The position numbers were made by a program, and so were the translations under genes. The notes below the pieces were generated by a model. It saw nothing but the letters and a program-made list of their open reading frames with translations. It did not search any database and was not told where the DNA came from. From Horticoccus luteus (GTDB lineage: Bacteria; Verrucomicrobiota; Verrucomicrobiia; Opitutales; Opitutaceae), in the NCBI RefSeq assembly GCF_019464535.1, contig NZ_CP080507.1, positions 1,170,001-1,202,000 of the forward strand: 32,000 nucleotides of DNA, given 5' to 3'. Positions 1 to 7,121 of the stretch are shown here, in pieces. The first letter of the stretch is position 1, and each line of letters opens with the position of its first letter.

Positions 1-1760
1 GCGAGGCGTTTCTCCAGTACAGCCACCGCTTCGCCGAGTGAGGTGACGAGATCCTCAACGCGCGAGGAGCGGAGGCGTTGTTTCAGCGGGCCGACCGCGG
101 CGTCGCGCGACCACAGGCCGAGCACGATCGGCGGACGAATGCGGGCGCGCAGGAAGCGCCGGATCACGTGTTGCGCGGCGGAAAATCCGCCCGGGGGGAG
201 GGAAGAGACAAAGACGAGGCGAGTCGGCTCTTGTTCGATGCGTTGGATGTTCTCTTCCGGTTTCGTGGTGATGGAGGCCACGTCCATTTCTATTCCGCGT
301 TGCAGGAGCAAGTGGCGCAACATGAGCGCAACGATTTCATCGGCGTCGTCGCGGGCCGGCACGGCAAAGAGTCCCCGGGCGTCGGCGGCGAGCGGCGTAT
401 TCGGCTCGGCTTCGGGGTTGCGCTCCAACTCGGCGATCAACTCGCGGCACTCTTCGAAGATAAACGTCTGCCGCACTTCGGCGAGGGCGCCGTGATGGCG
501 ATCCTGTTCGGCGAGTTGAAGCGCGGGGAGGAGAATGTCGTCGTAGAATTCCAGCAGGGAGCGCTCTTCAATGTAGGTGAGCGCGATGGACTCCATTTCG
601 TCGGCGTCCATCGCGAGCATGCGTTGATAAAAGCGCACGGGCGGAGCGAGCACGGGATCGCTGCCGAGCAAGACGCTGAGAAATTTCAGGCCGGGCACAT
701 ATTTGCCGATGACCATGAGGCAAACGGTCATGGGGGTGGAGAGAAAGAGTCCGGCGGGGCCCCAGAGCCACGTCCAGAAAACCGCTGCAACGAGGAGCGC
801 GACGTTGGAAATGCCCGTGCTCGCGCCGTAGAGGACGACTTCGACGACGTTGTTGCTGATCAACTCCATCACGACGAAGAGGCCGACGACGTAGATCAAT
901 TTCATCCAGCCGGGATCGACGGCGAACGCGAGGACCACGGGAAAAATGGCGGCGATCCATGGTCCGAGGAAGGGGATGAAGCGCAGCAGAGTGGCGAGGA
1001 GGCCCCAGAGCAGGGCGTTGGGTATGCCGATGAAAAACAGCCCGAGGCCGATGGGAACGCCGTAGGTGGCGTTGACGATGAGTTGCATGCCCAAGTAGCG
1101 CGAGACGCGTTGGGCGGCATCATCGAGCGCTTGGGTCGCCATGTTCATCTGACCCGAACTGACGACGTTGAGGAAGCGGTCGCGGAGGTCTTCGCGTTGA
1201 AACAACATCGCGATCACAAAAACAATCACGATGCCGGCGGTGCCGAGCGGGCCGAGGACGGGAGCGAGGATTTCGCGCGCGACCTCCACGGCCGAACCAT
1301 CGGATTTCATGACGACGGGGACTGGGCCAGGCTCCGCGGGCGCGGTGGCTGCATCGGTCGGCACGTGTTCGGAAGGGGCTTGGAGTTGTTTGCGGACGTT
1401 TTCGACCACCCCGGACGCGCGGGAGATCGCCTCGGGCGCGTGGGGCGCCTTCATCGCCGCGATTTTGTGATGGATGTTTTGCTCGTAGTTCGGAAGTTGC
1501 CGGGCGAGGTCGAGCAATTGGGCGCCGACCAACCAGCCGACGCCGCCCAGCACCGCAAAGGCGAGCGTCACGGTGGCAATGATCGCGGCGGTCTTGGGCA
1601 ATCCCCAACGCGTGAGACGGACGACGACGGGCGTGAGAAGGAACGCGAGGAGAATGGCCATCGCGACCGGGATCATCACATCCTTGGCGAGCCGCAGGAT
1701 GGCGACCACGAGGGTGACAGTCGCGAGCGTTACGAAGCCGCGAAGCGGCACACTATCCAT
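1..1760 (-). CDS. AI-2E family transporter (PerM/UPF0118-like); 3' end cut by the window edge; long cytoplasmic C-terminal extension
   Basis: Absent from the ORF track because it runs off the window. My manual minus-strand translation from the ATG (rc of 1758-1760) gives MDSVPLRGFVTLATVTLVVAILRLAKDVMIPVAMAILLAFLLTPVVVRLTRWGLPKTAAII..., then a multi-TM body (..LLRFIPFLGPWIAAIFPVVLAFAV.., ..FWTWLWGPAGLFLSTPMTVCLMVIGKY..) typical of AI-2E/PerM permeases. The 675-aa plus ORF 78..2105 is its antisense shadow. A GTG at 1770-1772 is an alternative start. Confidence 0.8.
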   Translation of the reverse strand, partial: MDSVPLRGFVTLATVTLVVAILRLAKDVMIPVAMAILLAFLLTPVVVRLTRWGLPKTAAIIATVTLAFAVLGGVGWLVGAQLLDLARQLPNYEQNIHHKIAAMKAPHAPEAISRASGVVENVRKQLQAPSEHVPTDAATAPAEPGPVPVVMKSDGSAVEVAREILAPVLGPLGTAGIVIVFVIAMLFQREDLRDRFLNVVSSGQMNMATQALDDAAQRVSRYLGMQLIVNATYGVPIGLGLFFIGIPNALLWGLLATLLRFIPFLGPWIAAIFPVVLAFAVDPGWMKLIYVVGLFVVMELISNNVVEVVLYGASTGISNVALLVAAVFWTWLWGPAGLFLSTPMTVCLMVIGKYVPGLKFLSVLLGSDPVLAPPVRFYQRMLAMDADEMESIALTYIEERSLLEFYDDILLPALQLAEQDRHHGALAEVRQTFIFEECRELIAELERNPEAEPNTPLAADARGLFAVPARDDADEIVALMLRHLLLQRGIEMDVASITTKPEENIQRIEQEPTRLVFVSSLPPGGFSAAQHVIRRFLRARIRPPIVLGLWSRDAAVGPLKQRLRSSRVEDLVTSLGEAVAVLEKRL

Positions 1761-1970
1761 TTTGGGTTGCACGATGTGGGGCGCAAACGAGCCGAGGAGC
1801 AGAGCATCCCGGCGGTGGGCGGCAAGTTGCTGACAGGCCGGCGGCTGTACAGTTCGGTGCGCCGGGAGCGACGACGAAAGATAGTCGGGCGGGTGCCAGG
1901 TGAGCGAATGAGGGCAGGCGACTGCCGTTCCAAGAGCGCGCCGGGGCTGTCGCGTCACGATCGATCAGCG

Positions 1971-2003
1971 CGGGCAATGCGCTGGCGGAACGCGCAATGC
2001 CCG
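1971..2003 (-). terminator. Hairpin just downstream of the 2014 stop codon (12-bp arms, one A.A mismatch, 9-nt loop); no U-tract
   Basis: cgggcaatgcgc (1971-1982) pairs with gcgcaatgcccg (1992-2003). It lies 11 nt after the stop of the minus-strand gene at 2014. The missing T-run makes an intrinsic-terminator function uncertain. Confidence 0.3.
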
Positions 2004-2013
2004 TCTGGAGTTC

Positions 2014-2988
2014 TTAGGCGCCCCGCGGTGTTCCTTCGGCAAACATCGGCACGGGAAACCATGCGGCCCAAGCGGGCGATGTGCGGCGTCGGTTCAGTTG
2101 AGTGACGGGCAGCGAGGGGTGGAGCAACGTGGTCCACTGGGAGAGGCTTGATTCCGTTTTCAACAAATGCTGGCAGCGACCGAGGAGCAATGCGTCGAGC
2201 AGCGCCTGGCGAGCTTTCGTCACCGGATTCCCGTGGTTCATGAAATGCACGCCGGTGAGGTCGCCGGAGCGCAGCACGTCCGGCGCGCTGGCCACCGGGC
2301 GCCCGTGAAATTCGGAGCCGATGGCGCTCACGAAAGAGAGGGAGTCGGTCGCGAAGAACACACGATCGAAAGACCCGGTTTCGAGCAGCGCGGCGGCGGC
2401 CTCCAGCATCGCCGCCGGAGTGACCGGGTCCGCTTCGGTGTGCTTGTCGCTGCCGCGGAAGTGCAGGCCGAGTGTGGGCTCGCCGCCCATGAAGCGGGCG
2501 TGATAATCTTCGAGGGTGGCGCTCAGTGCAGGAGCGAGGGTGAAATGCGCATGCAGGAAGGCGGCGAGCTCCGCGCGTTCCCAGGCTCGGGCCCGGCGCA
2601 GCGAAGGGGGAACGTCGTTCCATTGCGTGAGTACGAACTCGGGAGCGCCGGGCGGAACATCCAGATCGGTTGGCTGGCGGTAGAGTTCCGCGAGCCAATC
2701 GTAGCTGCCGTCGGGCCGGCCATAGTGAGGGGTGGTGAAGCGGAACTTGGGGCGCAGTCCACGCTCGTGGCACGCCGTCAGGACCAACACAGCCATGTTG
2801 AAATGAGCGCCCAATCCGCCGGCAGGGGCATTGATACGAACGGGCAGGACTCCCGGGGCGGTCGCGAGCGCCTTTTCGTTGGCGTGGTGGACGCGGGAGA
2901 GGCGCGCGATCTCCCGGCGGCGACCGAGAGCGATGCGGGCGCGGGCAAGCAAATGCGTGGGCGAAAGGGACACGGTGGCGGCAGACAT
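2014..2988 (-). CDS. Hypothetical protein, possible fucosyltransferase-superfamily (GT11/GT23-like) glycosyltransferase
   Basis: Protein-like composition, unlike the overlapping R-rich 1955..3145 ORF. Motifs: PAGGLGAHFNMAVLVL (compare GGLGNQMF motif I), GLHFRGSDKHTE (compare HxRRGD(K/Y) motif) and ALLDALLLGRCQHLLKTESSLSQW (compare the C-terminal D..lm..c.h.I.snStFSwW motif). ATG at 2988 is preferred; the track start at 3066 is a TTG. Confidence 0.6.
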   Translation of the reverse strand: MSAATVSLSPTHLLARARIALGRRREIARLSRVHHANEKALATAPGVLPVRINAPAGGLGAHFNMAVLVLTACHERGLRPKFRFTTPHYGRPDGSYDWLAELYRQPTDLDVPPGAPEFVLTQWNDVPPSLRRARAWERAELAAFLHAHFTLAPALSATLEDYHARFMGGEPTLGLHFRGSDKHTEADPVTPAAMLEAAAALLETGSFDRVFFATDSLSFVSAIGSEFHGRPVASAPDVLRSGDLTGVHFMNHGNPVTKARQALLDALLLGRCQHLLKTESSLSQWTTLLHPSLPVTQLNRRRTSPAWAAWFPVPMFAEGTPRGA

Positions 2989-3385
2989 GAGACACCCTAG
3001 GCCCGAGTTGCACGCCGCGGTTGCTCGGAGAATTTCCGCGACGGCAGGTGGGGCGGATTGCTTCAAGCGCGGGCGTGACCACCGGCTCAGGGCGCAGCGG
3101 ATGGCGGAGCAGCGGGCCTGCTGAGTCCTTGTTTACCATCTCCATGATGGCGCAGATAGAATCGGCCCAGTGTGCGTTCCGGAGGCGACCCCATGGCGAC
3201 TTTCCCGCGGAAGAGTAGAGTTAGCGTATGTTCGCAACTCACTGCACTTGCGCTTGCGGCCGGGCCTCCCGGCTGCGATCCGCGGCGGCGAGTTGAGGAC
3301 AGACCGGGTGCGGTCGCGAGCCGGGAGAGCTCGTGATGCGGCGCGCCGGAAACTGAAACTAAACGCAACCCCCATCAGGAATCCT

Positions 3386-4759
3386 ATGAAAAACCACTCA
3401 AAATCACTCACCTGCGCGGCGGTCGGCGCTTTGGTTCTGTGTCTCGCGCCTATGGCGGGAGCGCGGACCAGCGCAGACAGCAGCAGCATGGATCAGTCGA
3501 CGAATAAAGATTACCGGAGCGACAACGGCTCGGCCCGCAGCTCGCGAATGGCAATGAAGGACGCCCGCAAAGAACACAGCGCGCAAAAACTCATGGGTCG
3601 CGCCGTGGTCGGTTCGGACGGCGAAAAGCTGGGCGACATCAATGATTTCGTCATCAACCCTGACAACGGCCGCATTGAATATGTGGTCGTGAGTTCGGGC
3701 GGCGTGCTCGGAATCGGCGATACGCTGCATCTCGTGCCCGCCGCTGCATTGACACCCGCAACCGCCACCACGAGTGCGTCCGCCGGATCGATGTCGGCAT
3801 CGATGTCGAGCGACAAGTTCTCCGTCAATATCGACAAAGCGAAATGGAAAGACGCGCCGAAGTTCCAGAAGGATCAGCTGGCGTCAGTGAATGACCAGCG
3901 GATGCAACTCGATCAGTATTACGACGTGAAAGCGGACACGATGAAGTCGAAGTGGCACAAGCATTCCGACAAGAATGCGGACATGAATGCGCAGTGCGTT
4001 CTGGCCAGCGACGTCATCGGCAAGAACATCCGCTCCGGCGATCAGAAGGTGGGCAACATCGATGACCTGGTCATCACGTGGTCTGATCATCGCGCCGCGA
4101 TTCTTCTCGATCCCGATCATGACTTCGTCGCGACTGACCGCTCCAATGTGGGTGCGGGCACGACCAACGAAGATATGAGCGCCGGCCGCTCGGGCGTGAG
4201 CGCCAACAGCAGCCGTCGGATGACGGGTAATGGGAAATACGTAGTGAGCTTCGACAAGGTCGAGATCTCCGGCACGGGTCGTGATTCCGTCACGACTTCG
4301 CTGACGAAAGACCAGTTCGTGGCGGCCACCGCGGGTTCTGCCGCGACGGCGGGCGTGATGAATCGGGATGGAGTCTACGCCTGGCAGGGCTGGGATGCGG
4401 ATCCGGGCATGAACGTTTCGGTCCATACGACGAATGACTCGAGCGGCTGGAAGAGCCAGTCAACCACGACGGGCATCACTTCGCCCGGCGGCATGACCAC
4501 GGTGATGAGCAACGACGCTGCGAATAGCAGCCGCGCTGCGACTGACCAGGCGACGGTTGAATCTGTTCGCCGGGTGTTGAACGACGGTTCGCTGCCGGCG
4601 GCGGCTCGTCAGGTGCAGGTCTCGCAGGAAAACGGCAAGCTCGTGCTTACGGGCACCGTGCCGAGCAAAGACCTGAAGAACACGATTGAAGACAAGGTGG
4701 AAAAAGCCGCCAACGGTTGGGATGTGGACAACCAGATCTCCGTTTCGGAAAAGAACTGA
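3386..4759 (+). CDS. Secreted protein with two PRC-barrel domains and a C-terminal BON domain
   Basis: Internal ATG at 3386 is preceded by AGGA (3377-3380). Signal peptide: MKNHSKSLTCAAVGALVLCLAPMAGA. PRC-barrel-like segments: LMGRAVVGSDGEKLGDINDFVINPDNGRIEYVVVSSGGVLGIG and ASDVIGKNIRSGDQKVGNIDDLVITWSDHRAAILLD. BON-like C-terminus: VESVRRVLNDGSLPAAARQVQVSQENGKLVLTGTVPSKDLKNTIEDKVEKAANGWDVDNQISV. Followed by a strong terminator. Confidence 0.85.
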   Translation: MKNHSKSLTCAAVGALVLCLAPMAGARTSADSSSMDQSTNKDYRSDNGSARSSRMAMKDARKEHSAQKLMGRAVVGSDGEKLGDINDFVINPDNGRIEYVVVSSGGVLGIGDTLHLVPAAALTPATATTSASAGSMSASMSSDKFSVNIDKAKWKDAPKFQKDQLASVNDQRMQLDQYYDVKADTMKSKWHKHSDKNADMNAQCVLASDVIGKNIRSGDQKVGNIDDLVITWSDHRAAILLDPDHDFVATDRSNVGAGTTNEDMSAGRSGVSANSSRRMTGNGKYVVSFDKVEISGTGRDSVTTSLTKDQFVAATAGSAATAGVMNRDGVYAWQGWDADPGMNVSVHTTNDSSGWKSQSTTTGITSPGGMTTVMSNDAANSSRAATDQATVESVRRVLNDGSLPAAARQVQVSQENGKLVLTGTVPSKDLKNTIEDKVEKAANGWDVDNQISVSEKN

Positions 4760-4784
4760 GCGCCTCACAACAGTGAGCTCTCTC

Positions 4785-4817
4785 AAGGCGCGGCCATGGC
4801 GGCCGCGCCTTTTTTTT
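4785..4817 (+). terminator. Rho-independent terminator of the PRC/BON gene
   Basis: aaggcgcggcc (4785-4795), loop atggc, ggccgcgcctt (4801-4811), with an 8-T run at 4810-4817. The T-run overlaps the stop codon (4816-4818) of the convergent DUF2237 gene. Confidence 0.8.
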
Positions 4818-5187
4818 AGGCCGTCGCATGACGACGGAGCACATCCTCGGGTATGACTTCCAGTGAACGCGCATGGGTCGCGGCCAAGGCAACGGGAGCG
4901 GCGCAGCCGGATTCCACCGCGGCCAGCCAGCGACTCGCGCAGACGCACCAGCGATCGCCCGGCACGAGCCCCGGAAATGAGAACTCGGGGCGCGGCGTGG
5001 ACAAGTCGTTCCCATGCGCTCGACTGAAGGCTAAAAACTCCGCGGTCACTTCGACGCAAACGGTGTGGCAACCGTGGTCCTCGGCGCAGGTGTCACAACG
5101 GCCGTTGCGGAAAAATCCCGTCAGCGGGTGGGTGGAACACGGCTTCAACGGGCCGCCGAAGACGTTGCGCGAAGGAAGCGAGAGCAT
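4816..5187 (-). CDS. DUF2237 family protein
   Basis: 123 aa: NVFGGPLKPCSTHPLTGFFRNGRCDTCAEDHGCHTVCVEVTAEFLAFSRAHGNDLSTPRPEFSFPGLVPGDRWCVCASRW. This matches my recollection of the conserved DUF2237 pattern (PC..P.TGF.RdG.C.T...D.G.HtVC...T.eFL.fs...GNDLSTP...FPGL.pGDrWClCa.RW). Confidence 0.85.
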   Translation of the reverse strand: MLSLPSRNVFGGPLKPCSTHPLTGFFRNGRCDTCAEDHGCHTVCVEVTAEFLAFSRAHGNDLSTPRPEFSFPGLVPGDRWCVCASRWLAAVESGCAAPVALAATHARSLEVIPEDVLRRHATA

Positions 5188-5251
5188 GGAGTGAGTCGGT
5201 CGCGGTGTGCCAACAAAGGCAACTGCGGGGCGCGGGCAGACGAATCGACTT

Positions 5252-5767
5252 CTACTCGTAGCTGATGTCCGTCACGCGGAGCTCTTGCCGACCGGCCGGC
5301 GAGGAGAATTCCACCGAGGAGTCGCGGTGGGCGTTGAGCAAGGCACGGGCGATGGGCGACTGGTGGCTGATCGTCCCCGCCGCCGGGTCGGCTTCGTCGA
5401 CCCCGACGATGCGATAGCGAACTACGCCGCCGGTTTTACTTTCCACCGTGACGGTCGCGCCGAACTGCACGACATCATGAGGCGGCGGAGGAGGTGGAAC
5501 GATCTCCGCGGTCTGCAAGGTCAGTTGCAGTTGGCGCACCCGGCTGTCGAGGCGCTGCAGCTCGGCTTTTTCGTCGGCATCGCTGGCCGCCCGGGCGGCC
5601 AGGCCCGGTCGTTCCGTGATGCTCAAACGGGTGATTTCCTCCTGCAGCACGGCGGCGCCGCGGGGCGTGAGATAGTGCTTGCCGCCGATGAGCAGCGAGA
5701 GCGGGAGCGCCGGCGGAGAAGCGGGTTCGGGCTGCAGGTCATCTTCGCGGAGAAAGGCTTTGCTCAT
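5252..5767 (-). CDS. GreA/GreB-family protein (non-canonical, short coiled-coil, hexaproline linker)
   Basis: The C-terminal domain VQFGATVTVESKTGGVVRYRIVGVDEADPAAGTISHQSPIARALLNAHRDSSVEFSSPAGRQELRVTDISY fits the Gre C-terminal FKBP-like domain (..y.iVG..Ead...g.IS..SPia.All...). The N-terminal YLTPRGAAVLQEEITRL fits the Gre coiled-coil start, but the GDxSENAEY acidic tip is absent. Confidence 0.8.
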   Translation of the reverse strand: MSKAFLREDDLQPEPASPPALPLSLLIGGKHYLTPRGAAVLQEEITRLSITERPGLAARAASDADEKAELQRLDSRVRQLQLTLQTAEIVPPPPPPHDVVQFGATVTVESKTGGVVRYRIVGVDEADPAAGTISHQSPIARALLNAHRDSSVEFSSPAGRQELRVTDISYE

Positions 5768-5835
5768 GGGAGAACGCTACTCGGACGAGGAGAAACGACA
5801 ACCCGCCGGCGGTGATGTGGCGTTCATTCGTGGAT

Positions 5836-5866
5836 ACAAAAAAGCCCGGTCAGTGAAGACCGGGCT
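5836..5866 (-). terminator. Rho-independent terminator (minus strand) after the small Lys-rich ORF / yihY-like gene
   Basis: Minus strand reads agcccggtc-ttcact-gaccgggct followed by tttttt (plus-strand A-run 5838-5843). The stem is 9 bp, perfect. Confidence 0.75.
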
Positions 5867-5887
5867 GAATGCTAGCGAAGCGAATCC

Positions 5888-5977
5888 TTACCGCTTTTTC
5901 TTAGCCGCCGGTTTTTTGGCAGCAGGCTTTTTCACGGCTTTGGTTTTCGCTTTGGCTTTACTCTTGGGGGTAGGCAT
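5888..5977 (-). CDS. 29-aa Lys/Ala-rich basic peptide (histone H1-tail-like), hypothetical
   Basis: Manual translation: ATG (rc of 5975-5977) MPTPKSKAKAKTKAVKKPAAKKPAAKKKR TAA (5888-5890). It is too short for the ORF track. It sits 21 nt upstream of a strong intrinsic terminator and 72 nt downstream of the yihY-like stop. No clear SD sequence. Confidence 0.5.
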   Translation of the reverse strand: MPTPKSKAKAKTKAVKKPAAKKPAAKKKR

Positions 5978-6049
5978 GACCCGAGCATTCAGCGCACTCG
6001 CCTCCTTCGGTGCAATGGCAATTTGCAAAAGTGAGCGCGAAATTTTGCT

Positions 6050-7027
6050 TCAAGATTTCTCGCCTCGTCCGTGACCAACGGTGTCCGCCGCGAACGCGCC
6101 GCGCTGACCAAGCGGGCGTTCCGGCCCCGGCGTGGTGTCGCGCGCGGTCTGGCGTTCCATCTCCGCATTGAGTTCTGCGCCGAGGAGCACGACGTAGGCG
6201 GTGAGGTAGAGCCAGAAGAGAAAAATGACGATGGCGCCGAGCGACCCGTAGGTGCGATCGTAGCTCCCAAATTTGGATACGTAGAACGAAAAGCCCACGC
6301 AGGCGGCGATCCAGAGCGTGGCGGCGACCATCGCCCCGCCGCTCAACCAGGACCAGCGGGCGGGCCGCCGTGACGGCCCGAAGCGATAGAGGGCCGACAC
6401 GCCACTGGCGAAAAGAACAACCAAGCAGGGCCACCGCAGGCAGGCCACGAGCATTTCCGTGCCGGCGGAAACACCCGCGCGGCGGGCGGCGAGAGGCACG
6501 GCGGCGAGCAGGCCGATGACGACCAGCACGCCGAGAATGGCGGCGAAGGTGAGCGCGAGTGATCGCACGAGCAGGCGTAAAAAGCCGCGGCGTTCGGTTT
6601 CGTTGTAGGCGATGTTGAGTCCGGCGATGAGGGCCCGCGTCGCCCGCGCGCTGCTGTAGAGCGCGAGGACCACACCGATCACGGCTCCCCAGCCGGCGGC
6701 CGTGGTGTTGCCGGTGATACGGCTGATTTGCTCCTGCACCAAAGGCATGACCTCTCCCGGCAAAACGCGGGCGAGGAGTTCCAAGTGCGCGGCAATGGTG
6801 GACGGATCAGCGACCAGCGCGTAGAGCGAGATGGTCGCACCCAAGGCGGGCACGGCGGCGAAAAACCCATAGTAGGCAACGCCGGCGGCAACGATGGAGA
6901 GGTTGTCCGCGGCGAGCTTTTGCCGCGTGCGCGCCAGGATATCCAGCCAACCGCGCGCAGGGAGTTCGCCGGGATGATGGGCGGACCGGCCGCGAGCATC
7001 CGCGGCGGAAGCGGGGTTGATGGTCAA
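6050..7027 (-). CDS. YihY/virulence factor BrkB family membrane protein
   Basis: 325 aa: RGWLDILARTRQKLAADNLSIVAAGVAYYGFFAAVPAL..., multiple TM segments, ...YGSLGAIVIFLFWLYLTAYVVLLGAELNAE is characteristic of the YihY/BrkB (formerly 'RNase BN') family. The start is a TTG (rc of 7025-7027); there is no ATG upstream of the conserved N-terminal region. Confidence 0.85.
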   Translation of the reverse strand: MTINPASAADARGRSAHHPGELPARGWLDILARTRQKLAADNLSIVAAGVAYYGFFAAVPALGATISLYALVADPSTIAAHLELLARVLPGEVMPLVQEQISRITGNTTAAGWGAVIGVVLALYSSARATRALIAGLNIAYNETERRGFLRLLVRSLALTFAAILGVLVVIGLLAAVPLAARRAGVSAGTEMLVACLRWPCLVVLFASGVSALYRFGPSRRPARWSWLSGGAMVAATLWIAACVGFSFYVSKFGSYDRTYGSLGAIVIFLFWLYLTAYVVLLGAELNAEMERQTARDTTPGPERPLGQRGAFAADTVGHGRGEKS

Positions 7028-7121
7028 GGGTTCAGCGGGCCAGATCCAACGTGAGGGCGTTGCGAGCTGCGCCCCGTCGAGACGTAAAACTCACCGGGGT
7101 CGAAGCCGGGCGGCGAAGGGC

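Noticed and set aside
78-2105. 675-aa plus-strand ORF, the longest in this part of the track
   Set aside because: Its composition is dominated by D/E/G/R/H with no hydrophobic core or recognisable motif. It is the antisense shadow of the minus-strand AI-2E transporter, whose translation is clearly membrane-protein-like.
1955-3145. 396-aa minus-strand ORF overlapping the GT-like gene in another frame
   Set aside because: It is extremely Arg/Pro/Ser-rich, typical of an off-frame reading of GC-rich coding DNA. The 2014..3066 frame gives protein-like sequence with motifs.
3170-3385. N-terminal extensions offered by the track for several genes (this one, plus 8061..8147, 9093..9419, 15067..15285, 20331..20474 and 21764..22240)
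   Set aside because: The extensions are R/S/P-rich, precede obvious signal peptides or conserved N-termini, and would create large overlaps with neighbouring genes. They exist only because stop codons are rare in GC-rich DNA.
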